NCBI GenBank assembly: GCA_030141605.1 | Contig: JAQGDQ010000178.1 | Span: forward strand, 374,628 to 438,627 | DNA length: 64,000 nt | Origin: Tubiluchus corallicola | Lineage: Eukaryota; Animalia; Priapulida | Direction: 5' to 3' | Part shown: positions 38,601 through 52,000 of the stretch, in pieces | Layout: the number at the start of each line of letters is the position of its first letter | How positions within the stretch are numbered: the first letter of the stretch is position 1 | Program-made: the position numbers and the translations under genes | Notes under the pieces: generated by a model | The model's input: only the letters and a program-made list of their open reading frames with translations | Told to the model about the DNA's origin: nothing | Database searches by the model: none

Positions 38601-41600
38601 GATTGAGCTGCATTAATGACCACAAAAATCTTCATAATGCATTAAGATGATGCAGTTTTCCCATGTTCAGTTGAGAACAAACTACTAGCATTCAAATGGC
38701 GATGCACCAGATAGCATATATTTCTCTTAGTCTGCCTTTAGTCTGGCACAAAAACTTATGAACTACATTGGCAGGACAAAGAACAGACACGACTTTCTCT
38801 TCACTCACCCAAAAGCGAACAAATACAAAGTGATTATTCACAAATGGGACACACAAAGATTTCTCGGTGTATTCAGAATAAAGGTTTGAGAGTGTTGCAA
38901 AATTATTAAGAAGGCATTGTGTCTGCTCTTGGTACCATCAATGTGATTTATAAGTATTTTGCAGTACCACTGTGGCAATTCTTACATAGGGCAGACTAAG
39001 AGAAATCTAGACTATCGAGTACATCAGCATTTGAATGATAAAAGACTGATCTCAAATGAACATTTGCGAAAATGCATCAGCTTAATAAGAAGATTTTACA
39101 TATTGCATTAAGCTGATGCAGTTTAGCTGATGTTCAGTTGAGACCAAGCTATTAGCATTCAAATTATCATTCACAATAGCATGCACCAGTTAGCCTAGAT
39201 TTGTCTTAGTATGCCCTATGTAAAAATTACCACAGTTGTGCTGCAAAAATTTATAAACAAAATTACATGGCTTAAGTCAAAATTTGATCTGAGGAGGCAC
39301 ATTACATATATATCCTTCAGCCAAAGTCAAATCAGCAATTTGGAGAATTTTAATACATAATTTAGTCTCACAATGAATGGCTGGAGTTGTAAGGGATGCC
39401 ATTTTCCTGAATTGTCATGTATTGGGACTCCTTGGAGATTTTAATTCTAGAATTATTCTGACTTTGAAAATGATATAGGTACCCATCGAAACAATTTTAG
39501 ATAATTTCATACTTTTTTATAGTATTGAAATCAACCTGTGACAATGTATTGAATTATTTTATAATGAAATTTGATCTCAGTTCTGTACTTTTTAATCTAT
39601 ATTGCACTAGTCTTTCAGACTAACTTACACCTTCTGTTTTATATAGTGCTTGTCAGATTACGTTTTGATTACGTGTTAATGTGTACATTCTTTTCAATTC
39701 AATTCAAAATTTTTTATTTATCCACCTCCTTATGTTACAAAGCGTTTGAAACTGTAGTCAGTAAATTATGTTTACGAACTAGAAATTGGAGTGGCAAAGG
39801 ACCAGGGGTTATCGAGCAGCCACCCCTACATTAATAAATTATTTTTAGATACCACAGCTTTCTAAATTTAATGTATACGAATATGTTGTGTCGATTAATT
39901 GTGCTACTATGTGTTGTGAATTTAATATATTGTCTGACGAGACAATAACTAGATTTGCACAAATGAGATTAATCAATTTACTGATATTTTGAAGTTCATT
40001 GTTGGGCAAAATGAACAAAATAAAGCAGCATAACAGAATTCATAGAAATACAGTTGCATGACATGCAATAACAATTAACCATGCAATGTAAACTAAATTA
40101 AATAAACTAAAATAAAAAAGAAATAAACTGAAACCATACGTTACAATAACCTATAGTTAGAACCAAAAACAATAACAAGACCAGAATAAAAAGAAAAACA
40201 AACCAGAATCAGATTGTAATTAGAACGTCAGTTAATTCGATGAAACAAAAATATGCAGATATAGCCTTGCATATTAACTTAATGAGACAAGCTAAAATTT
40301 GCATGCTTAATATTGTTACCATGCAATAATGATGATGATGAACATGATGATGGTGATGATGATGATGTGATGATGATGATGATGATGATGATGATAATAA
40401 TAATAATAATAATAATAATAGTAGTAGTAACAGTATTAATAATAACAAATGCAACAGGAATGAAAGCACAGTAAATTTACCACCAGAATGATCATATGCT
40501 GTCCAGTTTGTTAAATATTCATCTTATATCTGATAATTATGTAAATTAAATAAGGAGTAGTGATACCTATATATGAGTATCTATATTTCTTTTTGTGTGT
40601 ATAATTCCTGTGCTGGGACTAAAAGTCTAACGACTGGAATGTATGCATTTCTTTTATTTATAATAATCAAAATAATTTTATACTATTTTTCCTATTTTGT
40701 TACGCATACTGTGTGCTATGCCATTTTTAGACTAAATTCAAAATTGATAATTTAACACTCTACATTACCTTTGATGTTAAAAGTGTCAGCTCTGCTTTCA
40801 TAAAAAAATGAATAAGTCAGCGGTTCATCTTCGTCTTCAAATCTTTCACATGTTATTTCAAATTCTGTTTCCAAAGCATTTCCTTGACACAGACAAAGGT
40901 AAAACTCATCAATGCCATCACAAGTTTTGCAGATAATAAAATGTGCAAACGATTACGTAATAGCAAAACAATTTCTCACCAAGATTTTTCCACATTTTTT
41001 AGTTAGACGCAAATATAAAACTTCATTGGGTTTTTTGCACAGAATTTAATTTTTAACTAAAGTTGGAAAATAGTACACCATTACAAGTATAGTATAAAAA
41101 CTGCTTACCTCCATCTGGCTTAACAACACAAGTTTTTTTAGTAGGAGGACCGTTTACAACAAACTTGTACCCAGCAAACACTCCACTTACATCAACTCTT
41201 CTTCCTAAAAACAATATCAGAATTTACAGGTCTAGTTTTTATTTTTGAATACTGTCAAATAAATTGTATAAAGTACAATGCTACAAGTAATGCTGATAAT
41301 ATCTCATAATATCTCAGTGTTACTGCCATTAATGTTACGCATTAGTACCCAATTGACACATGTAAGCGCTCATTAAAAGAACAATCAAGCCTTCTGGAAA
41401 GTTAGGCTTATTTCAATGTTTGAAAAAATGTTAGAAGGACAGTAATAAAAGAGTGATAAGCGCCCCACGTTGTTAGTAAAATCACTTTTCACGTTTGGGC
41501 GCTCTCATTTTTCTACCAATGACGTCATTTGTCGACTGAAGAAAAGCTTGTAAATTTCTGCAAAAATTATAGTATTTGCAAAAACCTAAATAACTAATTC

Positions 41601-43019
41601 TGTGATACTTTTGCAAGAACATTAGGTAAGTTAGTTAAGCACTACACTATGCAAAAAATCACAAGGTCAACCAGTTACGCCATAATGTGCAAGTAAATGG
41701 CGGCTGTCAACGTGGCTGAAACTTTCTTTACAGCAGTGGTATAAATTAACTTCATGCTTTATAAACACTCTTTGTTATACTTTCTAAGTTTAAATAATAA
41801 GAATAAAGTAAATCCAACATGATGAGTGACTTGTCCTTTCCTTTAAGACGTTAACATAATAATTATTCAATTATGGTTAACATTTGCGTGCAAAGTAGGT
41901 TTTAATCAGTGTTTATTTTCTTCCTTGTGTTCAAAATAAAGTGGATTATTCAGCAGGTCTTTTCCTTAATGTTAGAGTAACTGGTGAAAAAATTGCTGTT
42001 TTGCCTTTACTCTTAAAATGGAAAATAAAAATCAATATTTCGATACATAGAATTACTATGTGCTAAATGGAAAGTAAAAATCAATATTTCGATATATGGA
42101 ATTACTATGTGCTAAATGGAAAGTAAAAATCAATATTTCGATATACGGAATTAATACGCACTACAACAATTGGGTACAACGAAGTTCACGAACCTTCAGC
42201 TTTAACCTTATAAACAAAATCCTCGACAAAAACATTTTCTTTCGGGATAATGAAGACTTGTGTGTCAGCAGATGCTGTTGTATAAAACTCATCAGAGACG
42301 TCTCTACTTTCAGTTACCGAATAGATGGTCCAGGTAAAATGAAATGGCTCATCATCATTCTTGCAGTTTGTGCAAACAGCTTGTAGAGCTAACTTTTCTC
42401 CCGTATTCACTTTGCGTAAGCAGTTCCTCAAACATCTTTATAATAACAGGCCAGATAAAAACAAAAGAAAAGAGATTATATCAAAACAAGAAGCACTCAA
42501 CTTTGCCCACACACAAATAATTAATATAAAACTAAAGTAAACATTTTCACCGTACTAGTCACCAATCATCATTGAGTACAGTTTCCTATATCACACAATT
42601 TACATGTTAATTAGCCAGAGAATTTTTAAAATAAACTTTGAATTAACAAAAATATTCTCAAAAGATTGGTGCCATTAGAATACCTAATTTCAATAGTTGG
42701 TCTTTCTCCTGGTAAAGCTATTATTTCTTGCTTGGCTATGACAGCAGTTCTGCCTTTTCTTCCAAATGACAGCGCAAAAGTCAATGTTATGTCCTGAGGT
42801 AAAGATCTAGGAGGAATGGTAATAGCTGATTCTGAAAAAATGGCAAAGTGTACTATTAACAACAACAACTTAAAAGTTCAAAAATATAATTCATGCTACC
42901 GCCAAATACGTTTTCCGCCTGAAAAGTGGCCAGGAAAGAAACAGCTCAGCTGTATTGAACTGCATATAAAAATAACCCGTTATACTGCCATCTGTTACCT
43001 GTCATAAGCCACGGAAATA

Positions 43020-43051
<32 letters not shown>

Positions 43052-46000
43052 TCAATAGGAAACACTAAAAGCAGTCTCAACTAACACCAGAGACTTCTTG
43101 GTATAATGCCAACTGTACGAGGCTGATATACGCTCCGCTGAGTCAGAGACACTAGTCAGATATCATGTGTAGAATAATGCCAGTTATCATGTTTGCAAGC
43201 TGTACCGTACAATGTACATCGCTCATGTAAACAAAAACTCCTTAAAGAAGATGAGTGAGTCGTTAATTCACAGATGATTAATTTAATAATTTTTTTTTAA
43301 TTCATTAACTCTTAGAGTGAAAATTGAGGACACTAACCTGTGTAAATTGGACTGGCTGTTGTGATTTATCTATGGGAAAATTTAACACACCTCGTTATAA
43401 TTCAGACTTTTTTCTGATCAAAAAGCGGGCAGTATAAAGAGTATTGACTATATGCATAGATCGTCATTATCACTTCATAATTTTAATTAAACACTGTTAA
43501 TTGTACGCAATTAAAAAACACAGACTAAATTATGTTTTAAACTTGTGTAAATTATTGACATTGAAAATAGTTGTTGCGAGGGCAGCTAAAAAGACGTGAT
43601 AAACAAAATACTTAGCTATAAAAATGTATGTAACATTTGAGATGCAAAAAACCTAATATATTAATAGTAGCTTAAAGGCAGAAATTTCGTTACTTTTTAG
43701 GCACTGCTACTGTAGCATTTTCAGATTGACATGCAATGCTAAATGACAAACCAGAAATAGATATCGTTGTATGATAACGTACAGCGCTCGCTTGTTAAAC
43801 TCCGCTAGCCAATTCATGTACATGATGTGCAAATACATAAAGAGCAGTGAAAATGAAACACATCACCACAATTTCAGAATCACAATCAATTCATAATTTC
43901 AGTTCATAATAGTTGTAAAAATTTAAATGGTTTAATTACTCATACCGTTAAAAGGAAGGAGAGTCACACTATTATCAAAACATCCTGGGACATTAGGATC
44001 AGGAATGCGGCCTGTACCAACATAGCAGTACCATGTATACCTTAAATAAATAGTCATTAGTGTTATTTATTTATAAATTGCTAACTTAATCAAATTTATA
44101 CATTGCTAAGAAATCAGTCTGCAAGTAAATAGACAGTTTCGTTTCCATTGTTACATTATTTTACAAGTTTATAGTGATTCTATTACATTTTGTTTTTGCT
44201 TTGAAATCAGATATAATTCCCAATAGTTATACGATACTTACAATCATTGTGAAATTCATATTTAAATGATTGTTTAACAAAAATCCAACAAATAGTGAAA
44301 ATTGTTTATTTGTTCTTACATGTAAGGAGGATCAACATGATTGGTGTGATTTATACCGTAAACAAATTCGTGATACGTATATTGATCAAGCTGCTTGTTG
44401 TTTGCTTCATTTACAGTTTTGCTAGCATAGTATTCATCACTCTCATGTCCAAAACCAAACTCGTCATCGTTGTCCATAGTTAGATAAGTCCAGTGTTCAT
44501 GCCCAGGGTCGCTGTATGGAGGATAGTCAGGATCATACGACGCAGAACCATTTATCACAAAGCTTTGATTCCAATTGATATACCTGACGTCACCTCCTTG
44601 CAAAATTGGCATTAATTCTGAGGGATATATAATGATCCAACCCTAGATAATACAAGTATAGGCACAAATTAATATGTTTTGTATCAATTTAAAACAGTAA
44701 CATGCTTTTTTGTAATTAAGATATGTATCTTTTTACACCTAGAATGGAGAAACTAACACAGAGTTTTCTACTAATAAAATTTAGTAATTGCATTATTGTA
44801 TTACCGAAGATATTAAATTACTCAAAGTGGAGTTTAATATTTCTTAGAAAAGGGTGAGAAAATCTGTGCAATTCCTAAAAGATACATGTACTGCTTCAAC
44901 ATGGAAATATGTCACATGCCAAAGACTACATGAATAAAATTAACATGAATTAAATCACCTGGTACGTATTTTTCACAACATTTTCTGTCTGTTCAGATAA
45001 CACTGCCAAACGTATGACATATGTCCCTGGTCGTAGAAGCTTGGAAGGTACTATAAAATAGTGGAGAGACGCATTAACACTTTTAGGCAGTTTAATTAAA
45101 TTTGCCCAAGATGGAACAGGGTAATCTTCAGATATGCGAAAGATGTGCCATTCATACCGCAGCTGAACTTTCCTGGTGCAAGTGTCATATACTATTGAGG
45201 ACACTATGAATTCGTCACGAACTCTAAACTTTGGTGCTTCGCTACGACTATAACCAACATTAACAAGATCGATGTTAGGCAAGCAATCATCTGGATTGTC
45301 AAAAACGTTAAAGGTGAGAGATGCATTCCAGTAAACCCAGCCTTCGATAGAGCTATGTGCAGTAACCATATACGTTCCTTTTTTAGCATAAGAGTGACTG
45401 TATTCACACGCCACTCCAGGGATGGTTTCACTAACAGCAATACCTAAAATTTTGTGAGCGCATACAGATGTTTCTTTAATAGGAATAAACTTTTCATGAT
45501 CATAAGTGAATGTGAATTGATCACCCATGTCCCACTCAAACACGACATCTCCAAAAGTTCTGGAGTCATTTGAATATATGAGAAAACAAATGGCATCACC
45601 AGTGTCATATGCAGGCAGATGCTCATCCTCTTCTTTCTTCTCCTGGAGTAGGACCAAATTTCGAAATTTATCTGAAATAGTTGCATTTAATAAACTGGAG
45701 ATTACAAACTGTCCTTATAAGGCACAACAGTTGTACTTGATGGTTTAATCTATAACAGTATAACAACGTAATTTAATCTTATAATACAGGACAGTTGTAT
45801 CTTTACCAAGCAGAAAATGCTACTAAGATGTGACCAGCACCTTAATTTGGATATGGATCTTTCACGTTTCTAAGCAATGACATAAGTCCTCACCATTGCA
45901 TCATCAAACGTGTCTTCTTGTATTGCACAAGTTTTTGTATACATTGTTCTACACATAGTTTATTTAATATAAACTCATTCTAAACACATGGTCATTATAA

Positions 46001-49000
46001 ACGTATTTGTACATCATGAACTCATTGTCAAATGTTTAATATGTAGAAGCTCTATCTCTGTTGGATTGCCAGCGACTAAAGTTTAAACACAGCATACAAT
46101 TTTGGGTATTTAAAATTTTACGAAGCACTGTACATCAAAAACTACATGATAATAGTAATCGGCGCTACTAAGTTATATCTTTCCTGTAAAACCAAATGCT
46201 CAAGGACAGGAAAACACACAAAAAAAAATCAGTTAATTTGGACACAATGTGCAGAAAAGCAAAAAAACAGAGAATGCTTCAGGAAACAAAAATGAATAAT
46301 TCAACAAATTTGACATTACTTGAGCGTTACTGATTTCACGTAACAAGTTTGACAAAACAGCCGATCAGCGACCGAAAATGAATCAAGTGGTACAGTTAGA
46401 ATTCTGTTTCACATGCGTCTTTTGTTTCTTGTCTGCGAGATACATACCATCTGTGTGTGTGCATTCAGTAGAAAAACCATTCAGTAGGAAAATGATACAA
46501 AACAACTGGAAACAAAATTGTTTATCGTTTCTCATTTTCTACCCTCCATGTAAGAGTGGCTCAAGATATTACTACAATTATGTCAAATTATGAGATAAAC
46601 TGAATGAAAATCTTTGCTTAGTTGAAACAAAGTTTAAAAAGTCAACAATTTCATGCTTACATACCAACATCACATAAAAAGCCCATGAAGTCTGTGCTGC
46701 ATGTACAGTTGTAGCCACCAGGGAAGTTAACACAAGCACCACCATTTTTGCAGGGATCATCCACACATTCATCTATGTCTGCAAAAATAGATAAATTTAC
46801 TAAGATGTGGATTTATATTAAATCAATTACCACCTACACAAACAGCGCAATAGTTTTTTATTCATTCAGGTTCCTTCGCTATTGACAGCAAAAATGAGAA
46901 GTTACAATTATTTAACTTTTCTTAAATTTTATAATTTGATTATAAGCGATTATAAAAAAAACTATTACTAGCCACTACCTAAATATACAAATTTATTTCA
47001 CATTGCACTTCCAATTATGCAGCTGCTGACAAAATATTTGTCAATTGTTACATATCGTGTTAATTTCCTAATTACAATAATTTTAATTATACTGTATGAC
47101 TGCCATATAAAACAGAAACTAGATAAGCTTTGGTTACAACTGTCATAATTAATGACGAGGAAGCATTAGCTACTTCAGCACATAAGATATATTAATAATG
47201 AGACAAAATATTTTTCTAAAACTCCCCTTTGTCATCATTGCCGTCTTTTTTCTACTTTGTTGTAACTTTATTGGTGGAGCACACACCCTTGTAAAAATCA
47301 ATCCAATGCACACCTGAAAATATGTTTTCCAAATGTGCACGTATGAAAATTCATTTACAAGTATGAGCAAATTAAGAAAACATTACCCTCACTGCAGTTC
47401 CTTCCTATATAGCCAATTGAGCATTTACACGTATAGTTATTTAAATGGTCAGTACATAAACCATTGATGCATGGACCATCAGAACAATCATCAATATCTA
47501 AAAACCAAGGTGTACAATAAGTGATTCATATAATAATAAATAACCCTTATTTTCATTCTATATTATCAATAAAATTCAACATATTGAGTCTTTTTTCTTT
47601 AATTCTTTCTTTATACTTGTAGATTCTTTAAGCTTAACGTCAGTAACCATCCTCTAGTTCAAGAAAAGATCACAAATATCCTTACCTTAAATGGAAACTG
47701 TGTGGTGTTTGGCTGTTGTGCGCATGCGGCCATGCGTACATGTCCACGACAAGAAGCTGTTCGCTAGGTGAGAAAACACTGTTGCTCACACAGTGCCAAC
47801 CCTGCTGTACAAGTACGGTAGTTTTTCTTTTCGACTAAATTTTCTTTTTATATGTTTGTTTCATTTTACACAATATTAAAACATTTTTCTCAAGTAACAC
47901 CCCTCTAATTTTAACTATGAGATGCCACTGATGCTGACAAAATGTCAGTGATGTAGTAATTTACTATAATGCGTGTCAAAGTTCAAAAAGTTATGTAAAT
48001 CATATCTATTGTCTGTCTACAGGCTAGAACCCTGGTCTCTGCTACAGAATACAATTTTGCACTAGTGTGTCGCAAATGCGAGCATTTAATTTACAGTTTA
48101 TTATTAATTTTCATTTGTAGTTTTAAATTTAGTTTTTTATTACCACTAAATCAGTGCTGACATCTGTTTGTACACTTGGAAATTTCCAACATATATATAG
48201 ATGTACTTGCTACTGCTATATGTTTGTATGGAACTGGGTTACTGGGCTTCTCTGCGAATGTACTAGTTTTTCACACTTGGTAGCAAGATTAGAAGACAAG
48301 CAATAGGCTTAAGCAGTTGTGTGGTTATAATAACGTTTTGACTCAGGTGCCATGATGTATTGGCTGATGGATTTACTTTAACTTTTGTTTACTACTGTTG
48401 ATTATGTTTACCATTTTCGTGTATATGTGGACTGACTATGAGACTATGATTTTGAGTAAAATACAGAATGCAAAGTTAAACCATGTTTTCATCCAGTGAT
48501 TTCATCTGTTTAACACGAACGTCGCAACTACAAAAGCAGTCTGATAAACTTGCCAGGTTGTTGGCTCTTCCCAAAACAACCCAGCGACAACTTTAGCGTC
48601 ACAACATAGTGTACTGCTCACGTGAAATGACCACCGGTGGAGTCACTTGCCAGATGTGGCATACTCAAGGACCCCTTTACCCATACATCCCTCAGTAGTA
48701 GGTCCTACAGGGACACAACTAGGTATTAGCAATGTAACTGTAATTGCTGTAAATTCCATTGCCTTAACTGCAATCATTGCTTAACAGAATCTATATTAAC
48801 CGAACCATCACATTAAATTTTTGATTCAGTAATTAAGGTTTCTTCTATTAACCCTGAACATACATACCAATAATGCTTAAACGTAAAAAGAAAACCAATT
48901 ACCTATTTCACAGTGACGCCCTGTGTAACCAGGTATGCAAGTACAGGTAAAGTTATTAACAGCATCTATGCAGGTACCTCCGTGCATACAATAAATATTC

Positions 49001-52000
49001 TCACATTCATCAATGTCTGAAAGTATTTCCAAGCAATTATAATCAACCAAATTGGTGTTAAGACAACATTCAACCCAGCGATTAAATGTTGAAAAGAATT
49101 GTCAATTATGCCTTTTATCTACTCATATGACACAGGAACTTTTAGTGTTTAAAATCAGGAGATTTTCAAACCGAGATGCAAATCCTTGTTATTAGTAACT
49201 GCTTTTATTAAAACAAAGAATGTAATTATTACCGTAAATCAAATTTACTAGTTGTGTGGATGCAAATGCAAATATAAACTAGAACCTATTTGATTGTGAA
49301 AAGCACACATGCATTTAATTACTAAACTATATTTATTTGAAAAATGTGCTTATTTTATTCATATATCAAACTTTGTTGATTTACTGCTAAATCTTTTACA
49401 TCATTGTAAATTGAATTACCTTGTGTGCCTTGAAATTACAAAAAATATGTAATACAAAACAAAATATACTTGTGTGGCAATCGTGTCCCTCATATCCAAG
49501 CACACACGTGCACTTATAAAAATTAGGATGGTTAACGCAAGTCCCATTATTTTGACATGGTTGATTCTCGCACCAATCAGTCTCTAAAATTTTATAAAAA
49601 AATTGACAGAGGTGCATAAGCACATGCAAGTATACTCAACTGTAATGATTTTCGAATTAATGATTTTTTTTACTTTAAATTCGATTCCAATCTAAAATTT
49701 ATAGATTCCAATAATTTCATCACTTCAACTACATTTCATCATTAAAATATTTGAATCAGCATGCAATCAGCACAATTTAGCTGTGATTTCTATGCAGAAT
49801 CTTTAACCATATCAACTTTTATAAATTATTTCTGAAAATTCATGATAACACTGAACTGCCTAATGTCATTCTGAAATTCTTAGTATACTTTTACTTTAAC
49901 TAATTAACAATGTACATTTGCTGTAGTCACTATACATCCAAAAAATTTTCTGTACATAATGGTGTCAGCCAGGGAAGGATTTAATCAATAAAGTTTTTCA
50001 ATCATTACTTCAAAGATCTTAGTGTATCTCTAATGACTAGTATGGTTAGTTCTATGCAAAGTCTAATTGATATTTATCAATGCTTCGCTTCTCACTTTAA
50101 CGTCATCATTAACATTGAAACAATTACACAGCTCACTATTAAACCACAAGTATGAGCAGCATTCCTAATGGTAGTGTGCATTGCAATAATTGTATTATCA
50201 AATCGGCCTGTACAGAAAAATATATTGGATATATTATCCACATCATTGGCAACAAAAATGATGATATTAGCTGACAGAAATGTATACCTAGCAGTTACAG
50301 CTAATATTCATCTAAGAAATTTCAGTCACTCTATCTTGGAAGTCAAAATTTTGCTCTTTTAAACTTATTGTACAAGTTTTTATGAAGCGAATTTGTGGAT
50401 AAAGTTCCTTGCATATACTCTCTATGAATTTAAAGGCACATATAACAAACAGATAAAGAAATTGTTTTCTCTGTCTTATCATTGCAGTGGAAGGGAAATG
50501 ACACTGAATCTTGTTATCACTGTTATTTTGATGCATTAGTAAGGAAATGTTAATTTTATTTAAAATCATACATTGAAATGTGATAACATTTATCTGAAAG
50601 GTTGTCTGATGTGTATCGCACCTCTAAACTTCACAGCAGGTGGAAGGACATTTTATATGTATAATTCTTGTATTTCACAACTCTCAGACATACTTAAATG
50701 TAAACATGCAATGTTTCATCCATGAACATAATTTTTTTTAAAAAAAGGATTTTTTAATTTTTTAATTAGTTTTATCTACAAACTCTCATTTATCATATCG
50801 TTCATTTACTGTGTGCAAATAATTAAATAAATGCTTTTTATCTCTGAAATAAAGTTGACATTGAAAACTCATAATATCAGCATGCAAATGGATTATGAAT
50901 ATTAATATGATATTTTATTCTTTGCTGTTTCTGTATTCCTTAGCTGTTTCACTTTATTTTTAAATTTATTGTACTTTGTGATTTTACAAACTTATTTATG
51001 AACTGAAAAGCTACCTATTTATTCACAGTATATACTAACCTGAGCAGTCTACATCTGAGAAACCCGGCGCACAGGTGCAATTAAAAGAACCAGGAAGATT
51101 ATTACATGTTCCTCCATTATAACAAGGGTTTTGAGCTGCAGCACATTCATCAACATCTAGATGCACAAACATTAAAACATATAGTGCACTTGCAGTAATG
51201 CAGATTTTTTTCTGTGGCTAATGTAAATATTTCAAGCAAATGCTACAAATGAACAATATGGATGTAGACAACACACAAACAACTTTTACAACATGTCGCT
51301 TACATGCCAGTCCACTTCAGACTTTTCCTAACAGTTTTTTTATTATTATTAAATTGTTTTGCAAGTCAAGGCTATAGCGGCATGCAAATGGATTATGAAT
51401 ATTAATATGATACTTTATTCTTTGCTGTCGCTGTATTCCTTAGTTGTTTCATTTTGTTGTTAAATTTATTGTACTTTGTGATTTTACAAACTTATTTATG
51501 AACTGAAAAACTACCTATTTATTCACAGTATATACTAACCTGAGCAGTCTACATCTGCAAAACCCCGCGCACAGGTGCAATTAAAAGAACCAGGAAGATT
51601 ATTACATGTTCCTCCATTATAACAAGGGTTTTGAGCTGCAGCACATTCATCAACATCTAGATTCACAAACATTAAAACATATAGTGCACTTGCAGTAATG
51701 CAGATTTTTTTCTGTGGCTAATGTAAATATTTCAAGCAAATGCTACAAATGAGCAATATGGATGTAGACAACACACAAACAACTTTTACAACATGTCGCT
51801 TACATGCCAGTCCACTTCAGATTTTTCTGAACAGTTTTTTTATTATTATTAAATTGTTTTGCAAGTCAAGGCTATAGCGGCATGCAAATGGATTATGAAT
51901 ATTAATATGATACTTTATTCTTTGCTGTCGCTGTATTCCTTAGCTGTTTCATTTTGTTGTTAAATTTATTGTACTTTGTGATTTTACAAACTTATTTATG

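Noticed and set aside
40209-40469. Poly-Leu/Ser/His ORF
   Set aside because: Microsatellite translation
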